A DNA stretch of 64,000 nucleotides from the human T2T-CHM13v2.0 reference genome, Homo sapiens, in assembly GCF_009914755.1 (NCBI RefSeq), contig NC_060936.1; one strand, given 5' to 3'. Each line of letters begins with the position of its first letter. The stretch's first letter is position 1. The notes under the pieces were generated by a model, which was given only the letters and a program-made list of their open reading frames with translations, ran no database searches and had not been told where the DNA came from. Positions 1-14,329 of the stretch are shown in pieces. Both the position numbers and the translations under genes were made by a program.

Positions 1-45
1 TGTGTGCGCATGTGTGTGTATGCGTGTGTGTGGTGAATGTGTGAA
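1..45. repeat. imperfect (TG)n microsatellite
   Basis: tgtgtgcgcatgtgtgtgtatgcgtgtgtgtg at the window start. Confidence 0.8.
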
Positions 46-174
46 TGAGTTTTCAATTTTATCAAATGTGGTTTTAGCACCTACTGAGATGATCATATGG
101 TGAACAGAAAGGCAGGAATAACAGGGAAACCTTTCACTGTATACCTTTTGTAGCTGTTAAATTTTGTACCAGGA

Positions 175-1600
<1,426 letters not shown>

Positions 1601-2997
1601 GACGAATTTGAGCTTTGTGAATGTGTTACTTAGTTGAAATTTTTAAATTTTTAAATAGCTTTTTAAAAAATAACCCAGATTGGGGAGAGGGAGGCAGGAG
1701 ATGGTCTAAAAAGAAGGTTGCATATTATATTAGTTGCTTTGATTAAATTTGCCTTTGTTAACTTAGCAGAAAATACACTAAAAATGTAAAAAAAATAATC
1801 ATATTGCTCATTTAATATTTCCACATACAAAAATTGCTTATCCAAACTTCTCTAAAGTCTACAAATTAATCATTATTGAAGCACAGATTATGCAATGTTC
1901 TCACGTAAAAAAAAAGAAATGTTGGCTAATGAAAACTAGTAGCTAGGTACTTTTTTAGCCAGAATTTTATTTCAACCACAGAAACATGACTTGAAGCAGA
2001 AATCTGAACTAAAGTAAACCCTGAATCAAAAATCCAAAAAGAACTATACTCATCTGCCAGATATACAAAGGGAACCAAATCCAAATATGGTAATACTTTT
2101 TTACAGAACTAAAATTCTCTCAGAAAATCACTTGTTTGTGTCTGATTTTTTTTCTAAGAAATTACTTTTTTCAATACTTCTAGAAAAATATTACCTAACA
2201 AGGGAGTGTGTACTTAAGAAGAACAGTTGGACAATAAATAAAATGGCTAACCTACTCTCTTCCCCAGAAACTTACCCAACCCAGTCTGAGCAACAAGCTG
2301 AAAAGCAGGGTTCTGAGAACCAGGTATTAAGGGGAGTTCCCAGAGGAGCTTGGGAAACACAGAAAATAAGAGGCTGCAAGCCTGTTCTGAGGTGGAAAAG
2401 GATCTAAAAACTGGTAAAGGAATGAAAACCTTAATTTTTTTTTCTGTCTTTTTTTTTTCTTTCCCCCCCCTCACGATCATTTCTCCTTTTCCTTCTCTCT
2501 TGTTCAGATCACCTCTGGGTTCACATTTCTTTTGCCTTTTATTTGCATGTTTTTATCTTCTGTGTCTCTGCTCTTCTACCTCTGATTTGTCTTGTCTTGT
2601 CCCTTTTATCCCCTTTCCTTTATCTTCTCTTTTTCTACTTCTTTTTCCTTTCTCTGGTCTTTGTTATTTTCTTTTTCAGTCTTTACCTTTTCTCCATCTT
2701 TTCTTTGCAATTATCTGATCTCGTGCCCCACCAAAAGCAAAAGATGTTTATAATCTTATGAAGCAGATTTGACAATACTTATGTATATGCTTTATCTAAT
2801 GTGATGATATGCAATGTTCATAATATTTCGAAGCAGAGGATGTTATTCATACACTGATCAGGACTTTTTGTGAAATGCTATTTCTATTTTCCACCATGTT
2901 CACCTCATAATTTGCAAAGCACTTTTTAGTGAACATCAGTAACAAATTCAAAATTCATAAGAGTGGTAGAATTCAAGTTAACCTTCATATTTCTTAC

Positions 2998-3762
2998 TAT
3001 GGTAGTCAGCCTCTGAGATAATACCCAGTGACCCTTACCTCCTTGTATTTATGCCCTCATGTAGTTCCTTCTTATATTGGATCAAGTCTGGTTTGTGTGA
3101 CTAGCAGAACATCACGGAAGTGATGATGTAACTTCCAAGGTTAGATAATAAAAAACATTACAACTTCCACATTGCTTCCTTGGTCGCTTGCTCTGGGGGA
3201 AGTCTTTCTTTTTTTTTTTTTTTTTTTGAGACGGAGTCTCGCTCTGTTGCCCAGGCTGGAGTGCAGTGGCACAATCTCGGTTCACTGTAAGCTCTGCCTC
3301 CCGGGTTCACGCCATTCTCTGGCCTCAGCCTCCCGAGTGGGTGGGACTACAGGCTTGAGACACCGCGCCCAGTGCTCTGGGGAAGTCTTACAACCACCGT
3401 GTTGTAAAGACACTCCAGCAGTCTTATGGAGAGGTTCATATGATGAAGAACTGAGGTCTCTTGTCAACAACCAGCACTAATTTGCCACCTATGTGAGTGC
3501 ATCATCTTGGAAGCAGATCCCTCAGCCCCAGTCAAGCCTTCAGATGACTGCAGCAGGGGTCAACATTTTGACTGGAGTCTTATGAAATATGCCTCAGGCC
3601 AAAACTATCCAGCTAAGCTGCTCCCTGATTCCTTATAGAAATAATAAATTATCTTTATTTATCTATAATAATATAATTGTTTATTATTGTTACTAATAGT
3701 AAATGCTCATTATTTTCAGCCACAAAATTTTGCAATAATTTGTTATGTAGAAATAACTAACA
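2998..3762 (+). mobile_element. MLT1F-like MaLR solo LTR interrupted by an Alu
   Basis: starts tatggtagtcagcctctgagat, contains ggaagcagatccctcagccccagtcaagccttcagatgactgcag, ends aataactaaca, matching recalled MLT1F/E consensus. Confidence 0.75.
3207..3372 (-). mobile_element. AluY-type element reduced to monomer length
   Basis: poly-T, AluY-type right arm, then Alu 5' terminus; TSD gctctgggg(g)aagtctt at ~3190-3206 and 3374-3389. Confidence 0.9.
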
Positions 3763-3768
3763 TACTTA

Positions 3769-4060
<292 letters not shown>

Positions 4061-4375
4061 TACTGTTATTTTTTGAAGAAAAAAAAATTTGTGTATAAGT
4101 AAACATCTGAAAATACTTTTTCCTTTATTCCACCCATAATAAATATGCACACACCAATTCCAGAAATGAAATTTTAAAATAATTTTGTAACTTTCTTTTA
4201 TGCACTCAGTTTCATTCAGCAGTACAAGAGTACTAACAAAAGTACTTTTTTAATTAATTTTTCTCATATGAGAATGGAGAAAATAATATACCTAGAAGAA
4301 AATTAATAATTTTATATCTAACAAGTCTAGTTTTGTTATAAAACAAGGCCTCTTGACAACATATAACAGACAAGC

Positions 4376-5002
<627 letters not shown>

Positions 5003-5114
5003 TCAAACAAAAAAAAAATGGAAGCAATATGGTATGAAGTAGAAAAAAAGTTCCATTCTCCCAAAACAATGCATTTAAATTAGTTCTGAAATAACTTCTC
5101 CTAACTATCCATAA

Positions 5115-5464
<350 letters not shown>

Positions 5465-5520
5465 GAACACATTTATTAATATATTCCCCATTCATAATTA
5501 TGCTTTCAAATAAATTTTAA

Positions 5521-5908
<388 letters not shown>

Positions 5909-5931
5909 TTAAAAAAAAAAAAAAATGTGTT

Positions 5932-6102
5932 GAACTGGGTGTGGTGGCATAAGCCTGTAGTCCCAGCTACTTAGAAGGCTGAGACAGGAAGATCACTTCA
6001 GCCTAGGAGTTTGAGGCTGCAGTGCACTATAATTTTGCCTGTGAATAGCCACTGCACTTCAGCCTGGGCAACATAGCAAGACTTCATCTCTTAAAAACAA
6101 AA
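5932..6102 (+). mobile_element. Alu monomer (FRAM/FAM-like)
   Basis: single old Alu arm with short A-tail. Confidence 0.8.
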
Positions 6103-6473
6103 GTGAACTCATGCTTTTAATTACCCTAGCATGCAACCTAATAATGCTATTAACCCAAACTAAAATACAACATCAAAACATTTCTCCATATCAAAACTGA
6201 ACTCTACTATTCTATCGTTTAATTGAATCTCTAGATTCACTTTGGTGTAGAGAGACTATAATAGTGAATTTTTTTCTTGCAAAGTATTCTGACAGGTATA
6301 ATGTGATCATCATTTACATGATCCAAGATTAGGCTGATAATAAAAAGGAATTAGTTCAAAACACCAGCCTTAGAATCCCTCAGTACGTGTTTCCTTTATA
6401 AAAGTAACTACATTATATTTGTAGTGGCCTATGAGGATTTTGATAATCTCTGCAGCTTAGATGCTGAATGAAA

Positions 6474-6790
6474 TGCATTCAATGATTCAATAAATACTTA
6501 TTGTGCTCTGATTATGTGCCAGGCATCCTACAGCTTGAGAAACAGAGATGAATAAGGCACACTGGGTTCCTGTTTTCTTGGTCTTCATATCACAATGGTT
6601 GGCAGGCAGACCACAAACAAGTAAAAAATAAAAATATTCAAGATCACTTCAGATGATAATAAGTGTTGTGAAAGAAATCCAAAGGGTGACATGCAGGGGA
6701 AAACTTTATAAGGCGTGATCAAGGACAGTATCTCTTGAGGGGGAGATGCAATCTGAAACTTTGGGTCAGAAAATTCCAGTTGGAGGAAAT
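6474..6790 (-). mobile_element. L2 3' fragment
   Basis: attcaatgattcaataaatacttattgtgctctgattatgtgccaggca is the antisense L2 3' terminus. Confidence 0.7.
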
Positions 6791-6821
6791 ATCTAACATA
6801 TATTGAATCATTTCCTTAGGT

Positions 6822-7153
6822 CAGTGGTCCCCAGCCTTTTTGGCACCAGAGCCCGGTTTCGTGGAAGACAATTTTTCCACAGACAGTGGGGGATGGAGAT
6901 GGTTTTGGGATGAAACTGCTCCACCTCCGATCATCAGGCATTCGTTAGATTCTCAAAAGGAGTGTGAAATCTAGATCCCTCACATGCGCAGTTCACAATA
7001 GGGTTCAGGCTCCTATGAGAATCTAATGCCGCTGCTGATCTGACAGGAGGCGGAGCTCAGGCAGTAACGCTCCCTCACTCTCCGCTCACCTCCTGCTGTG
7101 CGGCCCAGTTCCTAGGAGGCCACAGACCATGCCCTGGGGTTTGTGGACCCCTG
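6822..7153 (+). mobile_element. MER1B-type hAT-Charlie non-autonomous DNA transposon
   Basis: terminal inverted repeats cagtggtcccca...tggacccctg; 8-bp TSD ccttaggt (6814-6821) / ccttgggt (7154-7161); ~330 bp. Confidence 0.88.
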
Positions 7154-7530
7154 CCTTGGGTGATATCCCATTATTTTTGTACCCAGAAACCCCTAAGACA
7201 CACTGTAAACCATGATCAAATATATTTCTACCCTTTGTCCATTGGCTTCAACTGTGGTCCTCTAGGTTTGATCCTAGAATAGATATGATGATCGTGTGCA
7301 AAGTGTTCAATATGCTGACTCACCTTCATTTGCACTCTAGCAACCTTGGCTAATGAAGAATCATTTGGGGAATATTAGATACCATTTTGACCCTTAATTT
7401 ATCCTTCATTCTCAGGGACTTTGAATTAATTTTGAAAAACTAGTGTTGAAATGTAAGGTTAGGATCTCAAAATTCTTTGTTAGTCTACTAAAGAATCATT
7501 TTTTTCCGTCAATTAGCCTCTTAAATTCAC

Positions 7531-7700
7531 ATTAGCCAGACATGGTGGTGGACCCTGTGGTCCCAGCTACTTCAGAGGCTGAAGCAGGAGGATCACTTAA
7601 GCCCTTGAGGTTGAAATTACACTGAGCTATGATCGTACCACTCCACTTCAGCCTGGGCAACACAGCAAGACCCTGTCTCTAAAGAATAATAATAATAAAT
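7531..7700 (+). mobile_element. Alu right monomer (J/FRAM-type)
   Basis: single arm with (taa)n tail. Confidence 0.85.
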
Positions 7701-9772
7701 TAATAATTTAAAAAACATTATGTTGAAGTCTGGCCAGTTCAATGACTGGAAAAGCAACCATGATATCTTGTATTTATAGAGTCCTGTTTCCAAGTAACCA
7801 TCCATGAAGCAGCTTAAGACTATCCACAGTAGCTTCCCACCCATGACAGCAGTGATTCTGCCCATAAACTAGCTGGTTTACCCAAGATTCCATCAGAGGC
7901 CCTCTAGCTCCCACAAAGATTTCATTAAAAGATATCAATAAAATCTAAACTATTTTATTTTTGGCAAAAGTCTTTTGGTAAAAGGCATTTTTGGTAAAAT
8001 ATCTATTTCATACTTTATTCTTGCTCTTCAAACTTCCAACATATTTGTTATTCTTCTAGCTGCTGAGAGTCTTATTGTTTTGCTGAGAAAATAAATAGAG
8101 GCAATCAGAAAAGAGCTTCCAAAGACTACATCAAAAAACATGTCCCCGTGAGCACCTAGAGGCCTCCCCATAATTTCTAAAAAAAAAAATCCTACAAGTT
8201 TATTTTTAGAGTCTGTTTGCCTCCAGTCTTAGGTCCATACATGTTAACCTTGATATACTCAATTGATCTAGACACAAGCCCAACCCTTACCCACGCTTCT
8301 ACCAAAAAATAAAATAAAGTAAAATAAAAAATTAGTTGCATCAAGTACTTAGCCAGCTCAGTCATTTTAGCAAAGGCTTGTGCGGGAGGATGGAGAGGAA
8401 GAGTCACGTTGAGAAGATGTTCTCTGATTGGCTCCAATGCTCCTCCCCTCCCAGGCCCTCTGGACGCCCTTGCAAGTTACAGCCAAATTGCTCCCTTTGT
8501 CTCAGAAACATTCCGCCCACACCCTGGCCCCTCCTGGGATCTCTTCTACTTTAGAAGCTCTTATCAGGGTATTTTTCAGAGTAATTACATTTCCCTTTCT
8601 GAAGGAATTCTGGTGCCAACTGTTAATAAAATAACATTCCTCCTCCTTATTACATGGGATGCACCAATTTTTATCCTGGAGCAGCTTCCAGTGTTAGAAT
8701 AGACAGCAGGAGATTTCATGTATTTTAGAGCTTAGTAAACTTAACTTTTACCAAAAATAAAATAGTTTAAAAACAAAATGGAGCCGCAGGGAGGAGTACT
8801 TAGAGGGGCGGAGCTAACAAGTGGTTTTCCACGTTTGCTCAAAGTGGGGGCTGTTGATGTGTGTGGTTTGTCACCGCAGGCTTCCAGAGCCAAGTTACAT
8901 AAAAGAGCAGTCCCTTTCACTTTCTAAAGGATTGTATTTTGCTGCAAACTGTGACCATGCATAATGAGCTTTTGATACATTTCTTTTAAAGTGCATGGTA
9001 TAACCATAGGGTTTTGCATTTTCGGGTCCTCCCCTCTTAATTGAAGGACTGGCACACACAAGATGACATCACAAATTCCTTAGTTTCATTAAAAACAGTG
9101 ACTACTCTATCCACTTAAGTTATGAGAATTGCTTTTCTAAAGGAAATACATTTATCGGGAGCCACAGAAATTTTCTAAATATAGGGTAGCTTCCTGAAAC
9201 AGTAGAAGCAAGTGCCTTCAGGACAGTTTATTTATATAATTTAATGGAATTTGATTCCTTTGAAATTGGCAAGTAAATATAAGTAAAGGGAAAGCTGTCT
9301 GTTATTTTTTATGGAAGTATTTCATGAAGATCTTAGGTTTCATATCATTACACATTCCTTGGCTCAGTTGATAATGGGCACGTAAACTACTTTATGCAAT
9401 TGAAAGGGGTATACTTTTCACATAATTTGGGGGTGTGATTATTATTCAAATATATGTGCCTAATTATTACAAACACCCTTAGAATTAATTTATCTGGGCC
9501 AGTATTTTCATGATTAAATCCCTCCCCCAATCCTTTCTTGACCCCTGCTTGGTAATTAAATCACATTTTATTATAACAGTGCTTCTTAATAAGACAGTCA
9601 ATTCTTGCAGTGTCCCTGCAATAAAATGCTCTTCCAGAGCACAGTCTGCACCATCTAGATGATTTCTACAGCCAGTACCAAAGGGCCATTTGTCCCAGGC
9701 AGGCATTGAATGACCGTACCCTTTTTAAAGCAGTTCTCCTTAGCAAATGCCCAGTTTATGAGGCCTTTCTAC

Positions 9773-10234
9773 TAAGGGAGGAGACCACCCCTCATATTTT
9801 CTTATGCCCAATTTCTGCCTCCAAAGAAAGAAGAAGTAAAAACTAAAAGGCAGAAATGAAATCCACAGTCAGACAGCCCTGCGCCACACCCTGGGCCTGG
9901 TAGTTAAAGATTGACCCCTGACCTAATCGGTTATGTTATCTATAGATTACAGACATTGTGTAGAAAAGCACTGTGAAAATCCCTGTCCTGTTATGTTCCG
10001 TTCTAATTACCGGTGCATGCAGCCCCCAGTCACATACCCCCTGCTTGCTCAATCAATCACAACCCTCTCATGCAGACCCCCTTAGAGTTGTGAGTCCTTA
10101 AAAGGGACAGGAATTGCTCACTCGGGGAGCTCTGTTTTTGAGATGTGAGTCTTGCCGATGCTCCTGGCCAAATAAAGCCCTTCCTTCTTTAACTCGGTGA
10201 CTGAGGGGTTTTGTCTGTGGCTCGTCCTGCTACA
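9773..10234 (+). repeat. 5' LTR (LTR2 family)
   Basis: taagggaggagaccacccctcatat...aataaa...ctcgtcctgctaca; near-identical to 17058-17524. Confidence 0.95.
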
Positions 10235-10239
10235 TTTCT

Positions 10240-10257
10240 TGGTTCCCTGACTGGGAA
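10240..10257 (+). promoter_or_regulatory. primer-binding site, tRNA-Glu
   Basis: tggttccctgactgggaa, 17/18 match to the complement of the tRNA-Glu(CTC) 3' end (TGGTTCCCTGACCGGGAA), 5 nt after the LTR. Confidence 0.9.
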
Positions 10258-10497
10258 GCGAGGTGATTAACAGAAGGTCAAGGCAACCCCTTAGGCGGCT
10301 TAGGCCTGCCCTGTGGAGCATCCCTGCAGGGGACCCCAGCCAGCTTGAGTGACGTGGATCCTGAGAGCGCTCCCAGGTAGGCAATTGCCCCAGTGGAACA
10401 CCTAGTCAGAGTGGTGCATGGCAGGCCCCTGCAGAGGATCAACACAGTGGCTGAACACCAGGAAGGAACTGGCACTTGGTGTCCGGACATCTGAAAC

Positions 10498-10506
10498 TTG
10501 GTAAGA
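10498..10506 (+). promoter_or_regulatory. leader splice donor (TTG|GTAAGA)
   Basis: consensus 5' splice site between PBS and gag; a second candidate CAG|GTAGGC lies at 10374-10382. Confidence 0.6.
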
Positions 10507-10579
10507 CTAGTCTTTGGAACTTGCACACTCCTTTGGAGTGGAAGCGTGGCCTGATAACCCACGGCATGCCTGTACCAGC

Positions 10580-10690
10580 ACTTTGGTTTTTGTTTTTGAC
10601 TTGACTTGGATTGCTTGATACTTTGGTTTTGGTTTTGACCTGGCTTGGATTGCTTGATACTCTGATTTTGGTTTTGATTCTGGTTTGGTG
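10580..10690 (+). repeat. ~39-40-bp leader tandem repeat, ~2.7 copies
   Basis: actttggttttggttttgacctggcttggattgcttgat repeated. Confidence 0.85.
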
Positions 10691-10782
10691 TAAACTGTAA
10701 AAGTGTGTGTGTACCCTTTTTACCCATTCTTTGTTTTGTGGTGTGCGTGTGGTGTGAACTTGGTGTTTTGCCTCAAGGAAGC

Positions 10783-11060
10783 ATGGGTCAGGCACAAAGT
10801 AAGCCCACCCCACTAGGAACTATGTTGAAAAATTTCAAGAAAAGATTTAAGGGAGACTATGGAGTACTATGACACCAGGAAAACTTAAAACTTTGTGTAA
10901 GATAGACTAGCCAGCATTACAGGTGGGTTGGCCATCAGAAGGAAGCCTGGATAGGTCCCTTGTTTCAAAGGTATGGCACAAGGTAACCTGTAAGCCAGGG
11001 CACCCAGACCAGTTCCCGTACATAGACACTTGGTTACAGCTGGTTTTAGACCGCCCCGCC
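10783..11060 (+). pseudogene. gag matrix (p15) remnant, HERV-E-like
   Basis: manual translation MGQAQSKPTPLGTMLKNFKKRFKGDYGV/MTPGKLKTLCKID*PALQVGWPSEGSLD...GHPDQFPYIDTW; one frameshift and one stop. Confidence 0.85.
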
Positions 11061-11094
11061 ACAGTGGCTGAGAGAACAGCAGCATAAGCGGCTA

Positions 11095-11348
11095 GCAGAG
11101 GCAAGGAAAGACCAGCAAAGAGAGAGAGAGGAAGAGACAGAGAAACAAAGAGGGAGTCAAGAAAAGAGAGAAAGAGAGAGAGAGGCAGAGAGAGAGGAAG
11201 AGACAGAGGCAAAAGGAAAGTCAAAAAGAGAGAAAGAACAAAAGAAAGAGAAAGAAAGAGAAAGAAAGAAAGAAAGAAAGAAAAAGAAAGAAAGAAAGAA
11301 GAGAAAAGAAAGAAAGACAGAAAGACACAAGTAGTTAAGGAAAAAAAA
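11095..11348 (+). repeat. purine-rich (GA)n/(GAAA)n tract inside the provirus
   Basis: direct reading. Confidence 0.9.
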
Positions 11349-11637
11349 GTGTACCCTATTCCTTTAAAAGCCAAGGTAAATTTAAAACCTATAATTGATA
11401 ATTAAAGGTGTTTGCTGTAACCCTATAACACTCCAATACCACTTTGTTGTCAGTGTAAACCAGGGCATATCCTGAAAGCACTGAGGCCTTCCTATCAACA
11501 ATCCTTAACCCAGTAACCCACAGATGGCCCAAATGCATTCAATCTGTAGCAGCAACTGCTTTGCTAACAGAAGAAAGTAAAAAAATAACTTTTAGAGGAA
11601 CCTCATTGTAAGCACACCTCACCAGTTCAGAAGTATC

Positions 11638-11674
<37 letters not shown>

Positions 11675-12919
11675 TGGTTTAACATTAACCACTGAAAATT
11701 GCCTTAACCCAGCAGGTTTCCTAACAGGGGATCTAAATCTTAATTACCATACAAAGGTCCAACCAGACCTAGGAGGAACTCCCTTCAGGATAGGACCATA
11801 GATGGTTCCTCCCAGGTAATTAAAGGAAAAAAAAAGCCATCTGTACCAATTCTAAGTTAATTTGGACTAAACAAGGTCTTATTAATAGCAAAGGATAATT
11901 GAAATCCCAAACTTACAAGGTTTTCAACAAAAGTAAAGTTTGCTAAAAGTTAACCATGTAACATGTATTATAGTAACTTCTAATCTTGTGGCGTTAGATA
12001 GTCTGGTCCACAGACATAAAGGAAGTTCACTTTGGAAAAGAATGATTATCTTTGAAAAAAAAAAAAAGGGGGAAAAAAGGGGGGGCAGAATTTATGTAAA
12101 AAGAATGTTATATAGTAAATTCTTGTCCTGAAATAAATTAACTGGTTGTTTAAAGAAAGAAATGTTTGTAATAAGTCAGAAAGTTAAGGCATGTCAAAGA
12201 ATTGTCTGTAAAAGTCATGAAAGAGAAAAAATCATTTAAAAAAAGTGTGTTAAAAAAAGAATTTATACAAGAAATGTTGTATAATTTAAAAGTAATTGGG
12301 CCTCCTGAATGTAAAACTATTTTTTACCTACATTAATATGTTAAAATTTTGTTTTAAAAGTTTAATCAGGTTTTAAAACATTAATTGTGTGTAAATTCTG
12401 TGTGTAAACATATTAGCTAAAGTTAAAGGGGTATCACACAGTTTTTCTGTGAACTGGACATTAAAGTAAAAACATGACAGGTTTTTCTTAAAGCACTAAC
12501 CTGCTCTTTAACAAAGATTATAAAAGGTTAAAAAGAGTCTATAAAAATCTTACCTTATGGTCTGACATTAAAAATTGAATAAATATGTATATAAAGTTTT
12601 ATTAAAACTAAGTTTAACATTATAACACACTAATATAAAGGTGAAATTTAGCTTATCTGGTATAAAAATCATACCGGAAGCATTGTCAAATATAAAATGC
12701 TGATTGGCTTCTTTGGTCCAAAAACTAATAAAAATAGGTGCTAAAGGAAATTACTCAGTAGAAAGGCACCAAGGACTATAAAATTCACTGCTGGTGTCCC
12801 CACATTTAAAACAAAAGCTCAATTTCTTAGAAATTATGTACTTGGTTTATCTTCCACTTTCCTTTCCCTCAAAACTAAAAGTCTTTTAGCAAGTGTACCC
12901 CCCCCTAGAATTTCCAGTA

Positions 12920-14329
12920 AACCACCACCAGCATGAAGATCACATTCTCATCAAAGGGTGAAAAGAAAGGAAAATCGAGCCAGCCTAGGAAGGACCCTAC
13001 CTTGTGCTGCTAACCATCAAGATTGCTGTTCATACAGAAAAAAAAGGATGGACTCATCACAACCAAGTCAAGAAAGCACCATCCCCTCCAGAGTCGTGTG
13101 CTATAGTCCCAGGGGAAAACCCTACCAAACTAAAGCTAAGAAAAATTTAATTCTTTCATGTATTCTATTACTCTTTCTTCTTTCCTGCTCTTTTGCTGAC
13201 CTTCTAGTTATTAACATAACCAAGTCAATTTCGCCTCAAACTATTGCATTTAATGCTTGACTTGTTATACCCTGTGGGGACTTGCCAAGTCAAAGACAGC
13301 TCTCTACTTCAGAAAAGTACCTCTGTCCCTCCTGACTCTCCTCAGACTGGGCATTAGTAAATTAGGACCATTTAATCCAGGGAAATTTCGATAAAGGCTC
13401 CCGTGTCAACCAGGAGTCTTGTTCCCCAGTGTAGAGCTTTTATGCCATAGTTGGTCCAACATTCTGTGGACCACTAAAGAGCAAGGATGGACTACCCAAA
13501 CAGTTTTTATAATTTCCTAAAATCATACATTCATTTTACTAGAGGATCATAGAAGTTAAAGACTTAAAACAAACTTTGGCAATTAAGACAGGATACCAAG
13601 ATGCAAATGCCTGCTTGGAATGGATCAAATATTCCATCTGCACATTAAACAAAAGGAATTGTTATGCTTGTGCACATGGTAGGCCAGAGGCCCACATTGT
13701 CCCCTTTCCACTAAGGTGGTCCTCCAGTTGACCAGGTGTGGGCTGCATGGTAGCTCTTTTCCAGGATTCTACAGCCTGGAGTAATAAGTCGTGCCAAGCT
13801 CTCTCTACTATATCCCAAAGTACGGCACCCTGCAGGTCAGCCCAGGAGGACCATCCAGACTCTGTCTCCCAACACTAAGTTCACTTCCTGTCTCTCATGA
13901 CAGGGAGGAAACGTAGCGTTCCTTGGAGACCTGAAGGGATGCAGTAAGCTTAAGAATTTTCAAGAGCTTATCAATCAGTCAGCCCTTGTTCATCCCTGAG
14001 CAGATGTATGGTGGTATTGCGGTGGACCTTTACTGGGCACTCTGCTGAATAACTGGAGTGGCAATTGTACTTTAGTCCAATTGGCTATCACTTTCACCCT
14101 GGCATTTCATCAACCAGAGGGAGGAAAAATAAGACATCGTAAAGCAAGAGAAGACCTTTATGGGTCTTTCAACTCTCACGTCTATTTAGACATGAGAGTC
14201 CCTCGGGGAATACCAGATCAATTTAAAGCTTGAAATCAAATAGCTGCAGGATTTGAGTCAATATTTTGGTGGGTGACAGTTAATGAAAATGTAGATTGGA
14301 TAAACTACATCTATTACAACCAACAGTGA
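12920..14329 (+). pseudogene. integrase C-terminus plus truncated env of a second, HERV-I/IP10/EnvP(b)-like retrovirus
   Basis: EGPYLVLLT...GWTHH (GPY/F motif, 12989 onward); signal-peptide-like LILSCILLLFLLSCSFA; CYAC motif ~13660; DVWWYCGG...NWSGNCTLVQL; RHRKAR; NQIAAGFESIFWWVTVNENVDWINYIYYNQQ; several stops and frameshifts. Confidence 0.75.

Noticed and set aside
2247-2761. Phe/Leu/Ser-rich, apparently transmembrane ORFs (also 10907-11374 and 33630-34001)
   Set aside because: Translations of pyrimidine-rich low-complexity tracts.
10240-10257. tRNA-Glu similarity
   Set aside because: Only the 18-nt complementary primer-binding site, not a tRNA gene.
10580-10690. regularly spaced repeats resembling a CRISPR array
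   Set aside because: Contiguous tandem units with no unique spacers, inside a retroviral leader in primate DNA.
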